Of a stretch of 64,000 nt of DNA, positions 45,522-55,083 are shown one piece after another (positions within the stretch are counted from its first letter, which is position 1; each line of letters begins with the position of its first letter). The DNA lies in assembly GCA_977017575.1 (NCBI GenBank), contig CDRNVI010000030.1:496001-560000 (forward strand), in the 5' to 3' direction. Made by a program: the position numbers and the translations under genes. The stretch is from Paramoeba atlantica (Eukaryota; Protista; Discosea). The notes under the pieces are model-generated. The model was given only the letters and a program-made list of their open reading frames with translations. It was not told the origin of the DNA and ran no database searches.

Positions 45522-46506
45522 GAGCTTTAACCTTTCAAGAGCTTAACCTCACCCTGATGCGTTCTCAATCGAGAATGCTTGTCTCACGCATGCCGGCTGA
45601 AGATCCACAACCGGCACTTATTTTGCAGTAGCCTAAACCAAGGCTCGCGGATCCCGGCATGTTCGAAGGCTGAGGGTGCTGGTCTCGTCGACAGAGTCTA
45701 TACTCACGCCTAGTCCGTCAGGGCTAGGTACCCCAAGTGAGGTAGTACACGGGTAGTGAATCTCCTCCCCGTCGGCCAGCATCCTGTTTCGCGACCGTGT
45801 CGCTGTCGACACAGGCCCGCGCCTGCGCCCTCCCGTATAACAAGGGAAGGGTCCACAAGTCAGGCCGTGGAGAGGTCGAAAGACCCGGTCCGGAACGCGC
45901 GAATGGTTGAGGAGCCGCCTGCAGGCCGGGTGAGGCGAAGCTGAGGGAGACCTTACCCCCCCTGAAAAGTTGAAAAGTTGGGTAGGGGAAAGCAGGAAAG
46001 TAGGGAGAAAGGTGGGAAAAGTATGTCAAGAGGTGAGAAAGAGGAGAAAGAGAGAGAAAAATTTTCTTTATTTGCATAAAAACAATATAAAATTGCTAAT
46101 TTGATTGCAAAAAAAAAAAAATAACGAAGACAAAAAAAAAAAAAAAAAAAGAGGGAAAGGGTACACAAGGGAAGGGTACACTAACAAGGGAAGGGTACAC
46201 AAGTCAGGCCGTGGAGTGGTCGAAAGACCCGGTCCGGAACGCGCGAATGGATTGGGTCTGGATTGCTTGTTTTTATTTTTACTGTGTCTTATTTGTCGTA
46301 TATACTTAGGGGAGATTGAATTGCTAGTTTTGGGCTGAGAAAAAAGAAAAAGAAAATATACTTCTGTGGAAATGAAAAAAAAAAAAAAAAAAAAAAAAAG
46401 TGAACCCTGGAAGGGTTCACAAGTCAGGCCGTGGAGTGGTCGAAAGACCCGGTCCGGAACGCGCGAATGGATTGGGTCCGGATTGCTTGTTTTTATTTTT
46501 ACTGTG

Positions 46507-46542
<36 letters not shown>

Positions 46543-46953
46543 TCGAGTCGACAGAGTCTATGCTCACGCCTAGTCCGTCAAGGCTAGGTACCCCAAGTGA
46601 GGTAGTACACGGGTAGTGAATCTCCTCCCCGTCGGCCAGCATCCTGTTTCGCGACCGTGTCGCTGTCGACACAGGCCCGCGCCTGCGCCCTCCCGTATAA
46701 CAAGGGAAGGGTCCACAAGTCAGGCCGTGGAGAGGTCGAAAGACCCGGTCCGGAACGCGCGAATGGTTGAGGAGCCGCCTGCAGGCCGGGTGAGGCGAAG
46801 CTGAGGGAGACCTTACCCCCCCTGAAAAGTTGAAAAGTTGGGTAGGGGAAAGCAGGAAAGTAGGGAGAAAGGTGGGAAAAGTATGTCAAGAGGTGAGAAA
46901 GAGGAGAAAGAGAGAGAAAAATTTTCTTTAAAAAAAAAAAAAAAAAAAAAAAA
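45522..46953 (+). mobile_element. Stack of four 5'-truncated E2/E3 3' ends, each with its own poly(A)
   Basis: A-tracts at 46109-46121, ~46132-46150, 46375-46399, 46511-46540, 46930-46953. Confidence 0.85.
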
Positions 46954-47642
46954 GATCTTTAACGATAAAGATACAGTTTCTGTACCTTGTTGAATTATTT
47001 CCCCTTTTCTTCCATACACCATCTTCCAGACCATGGGAGGGCACCCCCCTCAAATACACTCCTTTTTGTCGGCATCCCCCTTCCCCGTCTCGTCCCATCA
47101 CCCCCCTGCGCCGCATCCCCCCACCTCACCCTCCCTCCGCAGTGCGCTTGCCCCCCTGTTGTGTTTCTCTCTCGCGTCCCCCACCCCCGTGTCAGCAGCC
47201 AAAAGTATACAATACTTGCTCACGGGGTGGGGGCAGAGTTCCTGGCAGATGGGCCCGTGCTTCGCCTCCTCTCGCCCCTGCGTCAGTCGCCCCGTGTCTC
47301 TCTCCGCGCTCTTCTCCCTCGGCGTGACGACGTCTTTGTGTTTCGTGGCCTCCACGTCTCCCACCCTCGTACGGCAACCAAAAGTATTTATTACTGCTAA
47401 CGGGGTGGGAGCGGAGGTGCAGGACCATACGGGCCTGGGTGCATGCGGATCGGTGAGTGGGGTAGGGAGTGAGGGAAGGGAAGTACGAGAGGGCTAAGAG
47501 GAGTAGGTGTGGAAAGTATGGGGAGTAAGGGAAAGTGAAGGGCCGTAAGTGTGGAAATTGTGGAAAAGTTGGACTCCATACATAAAAAGTTAGACTCAAT
47601 ACTATTCCCCCCAATTATTTGCAAAAAAAAAAAAAAAAAAAA
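46954..47642 (+). mobile_element. SL-led SINE-like element D (SL 46955-46992)
   Basis: Near-identical to 4611-5290. Confidence 0.82.
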
Positions 47643-47674
47643 AACGATAAAGATACAGTTTCTGTACCTTGTTG
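47643..47674 (+). other. 5'-truncated SL exon (32 nt)
   Basis: AACGATAAAGATACAGTTTCTGTACCTTGTTG, 36 nt upstream of ATG 47711. Confidence 0.8.
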
Positions 47675-47710
47675 TATTAATTTGTTCTTTGTTACCCGGG
47701 TCGCGATCCC

Positions 47711-48667
47711 ATGCCCACATCCGTTGAAGAGCAAAATCCGACCTTCGAGGAGGAGGCGTCGTCTCACACACTTGGGTCCTGGGATCAATTTGCGGCAAAC
47801 AAATCTTTAGCAAATTTGCAAGAGTCCTTAGAACCTAGTGTATCCCTGGTGGGGGTCAAGAACCCAAAATGGAAAACGACACAAGCTAGACTATGTAAAG
47901 ACCCAGATTCCAGTAAGCTTCAATTTGTGGAAGAAGGTGAAAAACTCTTTCCAATTAGGCCTGAGGAGTTGCATGTATATGTCGATGCATCGATTCCGGA
48001 TCGGAGTATTGCTTCGAGGAGTCCAGCCGTCGGATGCGTTACTTTACAAGGAAGTCACAATGAATCATATACATGTATGCTATCGGCCGCAGAGACAACC
48101 TCACCGGAGCGAGCTGAAGTACATGCTATTCTTGTTGGCCTCAGTCATATAAATACCTCTAAATATGTCAGCATACACACGGACTCCTACTACGTGTGGG
48201 ATTTTGTGCACATTCATCAAAAAAGGGAGAGACTTGTTGGGTACGATGGGTCAAACTCAGATCTGCTGCAATTTCTTGACTCTTGCTTACGATCATTGAA
48301 AAACAATGGAATTACAATCAATATTATTAAGGTTCGAGCACACTGCGGTAATAAGTGGAATTCTGAAGCGGACTCTTTATCAAGAAAACATACTGAAAAT
48401 GAGCCACGTGTCAAGAGAATTAAACCGAATACTCAGGGGAAAATAGTGCTATTTTCTGAATATTCATGGATCAGGGCCCTAAAGATTATGATGGAACAAC
48501 CGAATTGCACCATTCCAGAAAGAACTTGCTTATCCCGGAAACGGAAAACAAAGCTGATCGACGAGGCACATTCTATTGCGGTAGAATCCCTAAATCAGAA
48601 AAAATCGAGATCGACGGATTCGCAGGAAAAGAAGAATTTTGCAAGACGTAGAGCGACAAAAGCGTAG
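47711..48667 (+). CDS. Stand-alone RNase H1-domain protein, SL-led
   Basis: YVDAS, AEVHA, HTDS, KVRAHCGNKWNSEAD (all four acidic residues present); basic C-terminal tail. Confidence 0.88.
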   Translation: MPTSVEEQNPTFEEEASSHTLGSWDQFAANKSLANLQESLEPSVSLVGVKNPKWKTTQARLCKDPDSSKLQFVEEGEKLFPIRPEELHVYVDASIPDRSIASRSPAVGCVTLQGSHNESYTCMLSAAETTSPERAEVHAILVGLSHINTSKYVSIHTDSYYVWDFVHIHQKRERLVGYDGSNSDLLQFLDSCLRSLKNNGITINIIKVRAHCGNKWNSEADSLSRKHTENEPRVKRIKPNTQGKIVLFSEYSWIRALKIMMEQPNCTIPERTCLSRKRKTKLIDEAHSIAVESLNQKKSRSTDSQEKKNFARRRATKA

Positions 48668-48763
48668 GTCGCAGAAGAATAATTGTGAAAGGGTCCTTGA
48701 GTTTAAGTGAAAGTATAGTGACTTTTTGGGGAGAATAGAGAGTTTACCAATTGGTAGACAATA

Positions 48764-50701
48764 ATGTATTATCTGCCAATGTTTATGTATGTATGTATGT
48801 ATGTATGTATGAACTTTGTGCTATGTAAGGTGGACCTAGCGAACGCGTTCAATAGAGTATCCAGATCTGCGTTCATCGCCTTACTTCGCAAACATTTTCC
48901 AGAATTGTCAGCATGGGTGGAGTGGACCTACTCCACGGATAGTCTCCTAACTTACGGTTCCAGAACTCTTCCATCATCCGAGGGGGTTCAACAAGGGGAC
49001 CCCCTAGGGCCTCTCCTTTTTTCCCTCGTAATGCTCGAAGCCGCGAAAATGATCAAAGAAGCACTCCCAGGCAGTCTCCAGCTTCACCTCTGGTACCTCG
49101 ACGACGGGGTAATAGCCGGTAAGGCCGAAGACGTCAGTTTCGCTTTAGAGACTCTTTCTCGTTTTGGTCCTAAGTGGGGTCTTCACATCAATACCTCTAA
49201 ATGCGAAATAATAACGAACCCTGCCTCGGCACACCAAACTGCTCTTTTTTCCGATATTCCGGAACCCAAGATAAACCGCGAAGGAAATTTTGACATTCTT
49301 GGGAGCCCCATAGGCTCTGCTCAACATTGCATAGATTTCCTTACGACACGCGCCGTGGAACCGGCAGAAGAGACCCTGGAAGCTATAGAAATGCTCGAAG
49401 ATCCTCAAATTGCCTTGTCATTGATCAGACAGTGTGCGGGTTTTTGTCAAATGGTCCATTCGCTTCGAACTACCCCACCACATGAGCTTTCTGCACTCTG
49501 TCAGCGCCTTGATGAAGCAGTCCTCCATGCGTATGAATGGAATATATGCCCGCTTAGCTCCTCAGCTCGATCACAAGTTCAACGCCCGAAACGGTATGGA
49601 GGTTTTGGTCTCCGATCTGCATCTGCGCACCGCTCAGCGGCGTACGTGTCTTCAGTTGCTTTTGCTGCAGAGACGGATCGTTGGCTACCGTCAGATGCAG
49701 AAGGATTCTCTTCCGCAGTCCTGGACATCAATCGCCGGAGCGGAGGCCCCGTAGTTGATCCGGACACGGGAAGAGAATTAGAGGAGATCAGCTCCCCTTT
49801 TCCGACAGGATCTAGTCAAAGTACAGAAACGGACAATTCTTGCACCCCCCGTCAACGTGCCTTGAGCGACGCAATCTCGGCGCACGAATTTTCATGTGCG
49901 TACGCAGCGGCGGACAGTAGCACTCGCGCGAGGTACACCTCTCAGACTGGAGATGGGGCCAGCAGCTGGGCATTTTGCATCCCATCAACAGAGCTTGGCC
50001 ACGCTTACACACCCACAGAATTCCGCGCCCTCTCCAGGTGGTGGTTAGGTGCCAAGGTCTACAACGAGTTGAGCACGTGCCCAATTAACACATGCCAACA
50101 ACCTCTCGACCTCGAAGGAAACCATGCAGTGTCTTGCAAAAGTGGGAATGGACTGATCTCCCGCCACAATGCGCTCATTACACAATTCACCGACACGTGC
50201 TCCAAGGCGAATTTATCACCTTCACGTGAGGTAAGCCTGGGGAACCTAGGGCCTGGCGGCTGTCCCACGAGGCCGGGCGATGTCTTTATTCCGGGCTATG
50301 AGAAAGCTCAAGGTCTGGTGCTTGATTTTGCTGTCACCCACGTTCAGCAACCTAAATACACGGACTTAGTCCGCAACGCTAACGGGGTGGCGGCAGGATC
50401 ATTTGCGGAGCACTACGCCGCTTCTCACAAGGTGAAAGAGAGAGAGGAGGCGGAACAAGCAAAACATGTGTTTGTTGCCATGGTGGTAGAATCATATGGT
50501 GCTTGGAGTGCAAGTGCCCTATCAATCCTTAGATGGGTTGGGAAGCATCGCGCCTCATGTTCCCAGGGGACTCTATCTCAAGAAGCAGCTACCCGTCAGC
50601 TGCTTCAAGAGCTTAACCTCACCCTGATGCGTTCTCAATCGAGAATGCTTGTCTCACGCATGCCGGCTGAAGATCCACAACCGGCACTTATTTTGCAGTA
50701 G
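48764..50701 (+). CDS. Group E2 CRE-clade RT + ZnF + RLE, 5'-truncated (starts ~48828); 3' UTR and poly(A) to 51180
   Basis: KVDLANAFN, GVQQGDPLGP, YLDDG, SRHN, RPGDV, LDFAVTH. Confidence 0.9.
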   Translation: MYYLPMFMYVCMYVCMNFVLCKVDLANAFNRVSRSAFIALLRKHFPELSAWVEWTYSTDSLLTYGSRTLPSSEGVQQGDPLGPLLFSLVMLEAAKMIKEALPGSLQLHLWYLDDGVIAGKAEDVSFALETLSRFGPKWGLHINTSKCEIITNPASAHQTALFSDIPEPKINREGNFDILGSPIGSAQHCIDFLTTRAVEPAEETLEAIEMLEDPQIALSLIRQCAGFCQMVHSLRTTPPHELSALCQRLDEAVLHAYEWNICPLSSSARSQVQRPKRYGGFGLRSASAHRSAAYVSSVAFAAETDRWLPSDAEGFSSAVLDINRRSGGPVVDPDTGRELEEISSPFPTGSSQSTETDNSCTPRQRALSDAISAHEFSCAYAAADSSTRARYTSQTGDGASSWAFCIPSTELGHAYTPTEFRALSRWWLGAKVYNELSTCPINTCQQPLDLEGNHAVSCKSGNGLISRHNALITQFTDTCSKANLSPSREVSLGNLGPGGCPTRPGDVFIPGYEKAQGLVLDFAVTHVQQPKYTDLVRNANGVAAGSFAEHYAASHKVKEREEAEQAKHVFVAMVVESYGAWSASALSILRWVGKHRASCSQGTLSQEAATRQLLQELNLTLMRSQSRMLVSRMPAEDPQPALILQ

Positions 50702-51379
50702 CCTAAACCAAGGCTCGCGGATCCCGGCATGTTCGAAGGCTGAGGGTGCTGGTCTCGTCGACAGAGTCTATACTCACGCCTAGTCCGTCAGGGCTAGGTA
50801 CCCCAAGTGAGGTAGTACACGGGTAGTGAATCTCCTCCCCGTCGGCCAGCATCCTGTTTCGCGACCGTGTCGCTGTCGACACAGGCCCGCGCCTGCGCCC
50901 TCCCGTATAACAAGGGAAAGGTCCACAAGTCAGGCCGTGGAGAGGTCGAAAGACCCGGTCGGGAACGCGCGAATGGTTGAGGAGCCGCCTGCAGGCCGGG
51001 TGAGGCGAAGCTGAGGGAGACCTTACCCCCCCTGAAAAGTTGAAAAGTTGGGTAGGGGAAAGCAGGAAAGTAGGGAGAAAGGTGGGAAAAGTATGTCAAG
51101 AGGTGAGAAAGAGGAGAAAGAGAGAGAAAAATTTTCTTTATTTGCATAAAAACAAAAAAAAAAAAAAAAAAAAAAAAAAAGTGTTGTTTGAACGCTTAGC
51201 GTTCCCCCGTAAACGTGCCCGGAGCGCAATATTCTCCCTTTCAAGTTTACAACACTGTGGACCTTCCCAGCTTGGCTGTTTGAATCTTCGGTTTGTAGTT
51301 TCCTCCTCTTTGATACTGGCATTATTGTTATACTGTCTCTCTTGAAACTGATTGTACTGGCCGTTTGGGTGGGACTTTG

Positions 51380-52519
51380 TCAGAAGTTCTTGCCGCTGTG
51401 CGCAGGGCCAGCCACCCTTGAACGAAAATCCGGTTGTTGGAAGCGTTTTGGGCAGTTCCGCCACATGTGGTCAGGCGAGCGACATCCGAAGCAAAGCCCT
51501 CCTCTGCGAAATGTTGTAGGTGGTCGGTTAAACCCCGAATCTTGAGGATACGAACGAGCTGCCGTAGATTGCGCCGTGTAGGTCGTGTACGCGCGAGCAT
51601 AGTGCTTCTGTCGTTCAGCAAGCTGATCGCTTACGTGATGGTAAAATTTATCGTTCGGCCGAACCTCCTTCTGTAATTTTTCGTGGACTAACTCTACATC
51701 AACACGACGTGCACGCCAGTATGCATCCCGAAGCATCTGAACAATGGCTCTTCCCATTTCAATAAAAGCCCCCTGATTCCATCCGGGCGTCTGACGGGCC
51801 AATACGATCCACTTGCAAAAGATCCCCGTAAAATTCCGCTCCTGTTGTTTCACAAAAGAACGATCCTGGAAGAACTGATTGACCCTTAATCCAAACTCGG
51901 GAGCGTCACGCAACTCGCGCATTAAGTCTCGGGTACGAAAGCCACCCTCATCCAATGTTAGAAGCCATGGTTCGTAAGTGATTGGTTCGTACGGGTCCAG
52001 TGCATTGGGATCAAGAATGGGGGGAGTCGTTTCACTAGCAGAAAGGTCTCCTGGCAATCCCTGTTCTCCATGGTCAGTAGTAGTCACCGGACGTGGAACT
52101 CGAGATGTCATAGTCTGTGTTCGCGGTAATACCGCAGTCGGATCATTAGAAGTACGCAAGTTTTCGGATTCCGTAATACGCATTTCGTCCTGAATGTCAA
52201 CTCGATAATAGTTCAACTCGCTGTAGGGAAAGGGATACTCCTTATTTGGCTCGTCGGACCATACCCCCCACAACTCCAATCCTTCCTTTCGTATCTTCCC
52301 CTCCAGCATCTGTGTGGGCTCGTTCGGTTCATCCTTCCTGCGAAATACCGCACGAACTCTTACACTTGGTCTTTCACCTTGAGCAACAAGTAACTTTTCT
52401 CTCACAACCGTACATAGTTGATTCAAAGCCTGTGCAGGCAGCGGCTCGGTAGGCGCGAGCTCGTCTGCACCGGGTGACACACTCCGTAAATTCCGTAAAG
52501 AACGCGTCGATGAAGTCAT
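51380..52519 (-). CDS. Gag-like ORF with CCHC zinc knuckle, probably from a YR (TATE-like) retrotransposon
   Basis: CFGCRSPDHMWRNC; link to the YR element is inferred. Confidence 0.65.
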   Translation of the reverse strand: MTSSTRSLRNLRSVSPGADELAPTEPLPAQALNQLCTVVREKLLVAQGERPSVRVRAVFRRKDEPNEPTQMLEGKIRKEGLELWGVWSDEPNKEYPFPYSELNYYRVDIQDEMRITESENLRTSNDPTAVLPRTQTMTSRVPRPVTTTDHGEQGLPGDLSASETTPPILDPNALDPYEPITYEPWLLTLDEGGFRTRDLMRELRDAPEFGLRVNQFFQDRSFVKQQERNFTGIFCKWIVLARQTPGWNQGAFIEMGRAIVQMLRDAYWRARRVDVELVHEKLQKEVRPNDKFYHHVSDQLAERQKHYARAYTTYTAQSTAARSYPQDSGFNRPPTTFRRGGLCFGCRSPDHMWRNCPKRFQQPDFRSRVAGPAHSGKNF

Positions 52520-52536
52520 AGCAACTTTCCTTACGT

Positions 52537-55040
52537 TGAAAAAGAATGATTCCCGCTATCTTTCCAAAAACGTCTCCCATAGCAACCGGCCGAACGCCTC
52601 CATCTGGTTTCGGGATAGCGATCAACCTCGCTCTGTTTAGCCGCCGTAAAACTTGTCGCAAAAGAAAACCGTTCAGTAGATCGGCCATCATGTGACAAAG
52701 GCTCGTGCAGCACACTTCATCGTCCAGTAGAAGTCGTAGCACGTTGTCAGTCGTTCCCGTTGGGCCTGGGCTGACTCCCTTCGCTAGCCTTCGACCTGCT
52801 GCACGCAGCTCCTCTGGAGAGATCCCGGCGATGATTGGCGCGTCATCTGGCAGTTTGAAGTCACATGTTTGTTCAGGGTGAAGCATTCGCAATTTTTCCA
52901 GCGTTTCGGCGTCGGACAGCTTGTTGCGGGTGAAGGTCTGACCCATGACCTTGGCCGCTTTAGTGGAGCACCCCTCAAGCACGAGTCTTGTCGCTTTCTT
53001 TACTGCTCGCACGTCATCGGCAGTTGTCTTTGCCTCTTCTGATGAGCCGTCCTTCGGGCTCGTGTGCTCCTTGTGTGGTTTCCGCCGTCGTTGTCGTCCG
53101 CTAGAGCTTCGAATTGTTGCCAGAGAGACTTTCATCGCTGAAAGTGTTTGATTCCAGATTTTGTGGCGCCCAGCGTAGTCGCTTTTTTCATAGGCGAACA
53201 TAATATCCCGGTACACCGCAACTACGCACGGCACAAACTCAGGGGAGAAGCTGCGCGCCGTTGGCACTGGTAGGTGGTCTACGTCTTCGTCAGGAGCTGT
53301 TTGTTGGGTGCTTCCCACCGGCGGTGTGTATTCAAGCACTTCCGGTGTCGTAAAATCTATCGGAGGAGGGGCGCAGTGCCACAGAATTTGAAAGACACGA
53401 ACGTTTTCTTGTGGTGGGATACATCCATCAAAATTCTCTCCTGCCTTATGTCCAACGACTCCTGTATATTGAATAGTAAGTTTACCTTTGGATGCCCGTT
53501 TGTACGTTTTTACCACTTTTCCTAGCGAAATGTTGAGTGTCGTTTGTCGGTCCCACGTCCATGCTACTGTGCAGGTCGTTCCGTTTTTTATGGTTTTCGA
53601 GCGCGACCAGATTTCTTCCGAAGACAGGGGAAATTGAGAATTTGGTTTCGCCGACTGCATCAGCTCCAGGGCTCGTTTCTCCACTTCATCTTCGCTATGG
53701 CCTACGAATATTATGGCACTGTTCTGATTTTTTTTGGATTCGATTGTAGTGTTGCGTGCTTCGTGCGTAACAGCATCCCCCGTTTCTTCATCGTCCATTG
53801 CCGCAGCTCGTGTGTTGGGTGACCTGCACTTTTGGGATAGCTCCGGAGATGGCGATATGCAGTCGTGGAAGTTGTGTGTTACGGGTGTTTCCGGTGAGAC
53901 TTGCAACACTGTTGGTGAAACTTGAACTTCTTTTGTCGAATCCATTGAACGGGTTTCTGGAGTACCTGGACTTGTTGTTTCCCGTGCGGGTGGGCGATTT
54001 ATAATCATGGGATCAACGTTATTCGATCTACTAAGCTCGTCTACGACCTCCGTAGACTTTGAATTTGAAGCATCGTGGATCATTTGCAAGCCTTTCCACA
54101 CAGTTTTTCCGACTATGCAGGCAACTTTTCCTACCGATCCGAGACTAGATTCTTGTGTTTCCGAAAAAAACACATCGGATTCTTGTGTTTCCGATGTGCT
54201 TTTTTGATTCAAGTGTGTTTTTTTTTTCACGTGTGGTGCGATTCCTGCTGGCGTGTCCGTTGGTGCATCCAGTGCGTGATGGCGTGTGTTTGCGGGGTAT
54301 CGCGTCGTCTGCAACGAGTCATCCTGGATTGTTTGGGCTCTATTGGCGCTGATCTTTGAAAAAGAAATGTTGTTCGCTGTTTGAATTTTTGCCTCTTTGG
54401 CAGGCGTCTTCTTACCCATTATAACTTTTAGCCGGGGGCGTCGTACAAATGATTCAATTGCGTCGGATAAATCCTTTGCTTTGGGAGATTCTTCATTGAT
54501 TTGCTTTTGCGCGGATGAGACATCTTCGGATGATTTACACTGACGGAACTTGAGTTGATCATTGTCGACGGACAAGTTCTCGCGCCCCTCAGAAGTTTTT
54601 TTTGCAATCGCTTCGATCGAATCCGGCGATATCTTTGGATATTCTGCGGGGATTGATTCCGGTTGTTGATTAGGTCGCTGCTGACGTACTTTCTTCGCTC
54701 GCGCTCTCCGTGAAAGGGTGTGCATTGTGGGCTGTCCCTCCGCTTCTTCGGTTTGTTGCTCCCACTGCGGTGGCGATTGAGGCTGCGGCAGAGGCGTGGA
54801 CGCTGACGACGGCGGGTTGGAGGGGACGGAAGATGGCGGAGCAGAGGGAACAGACGACGGCGGAGGCAAGGGCGGAGGCAGAAACTGGAAATTCGGTGTC
54901 GAGGAAGACGGTAGTGGCGAGGACGGCGATGTCGGAGGCCGCTCATCAGGAGGTTTTTTCTTTCGACGGGTCGGTGGCAGCGGTTGGATCACAGGAGCTA
55001 CTCCAGTGTCCTTCGCCCGGCTGCGTGTGAACATACCCAT
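52537..55040 (-). pseudogene. 5' part of group B2 ORF from start codon to RT domain 2, 3'-truncated
   Basis: MGMFTRSRAK start at 55040; last ~850 nt near-identical to ~44320-44970 region and beyond; SL remnant CTTGTTG at 55077-55083. Confidence 0.85.
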
Positions 55041-55083
55041 AACGGGAAGAGTAAGAATACAAAAATGATTTTGATTCAACAAG

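Noticed and set aside
47711-50701. Single bipartite RNase H + RT element
   Set aside because: The RT begins mid-domain right after an (ATGT)n tract, so this is more likely a junction of two units; the 57952/56281 pair is similarly unproven
50940-50976. SRP RNA helix 8 or a known ribozyme in the E 3' UTR
   Set aside because: Only a superficial GGTC(C/G)GGAA resemblance; the AGCAG partner and ribozyme cores were not found by eye
44974-51180. Drosophila-like retrotransposon telomere
   Set aside because: Chains occur on both strands and are internal, and there is no TTAGGG array; single TTAGGG/CTAGGG hits belong to the hairpin motif
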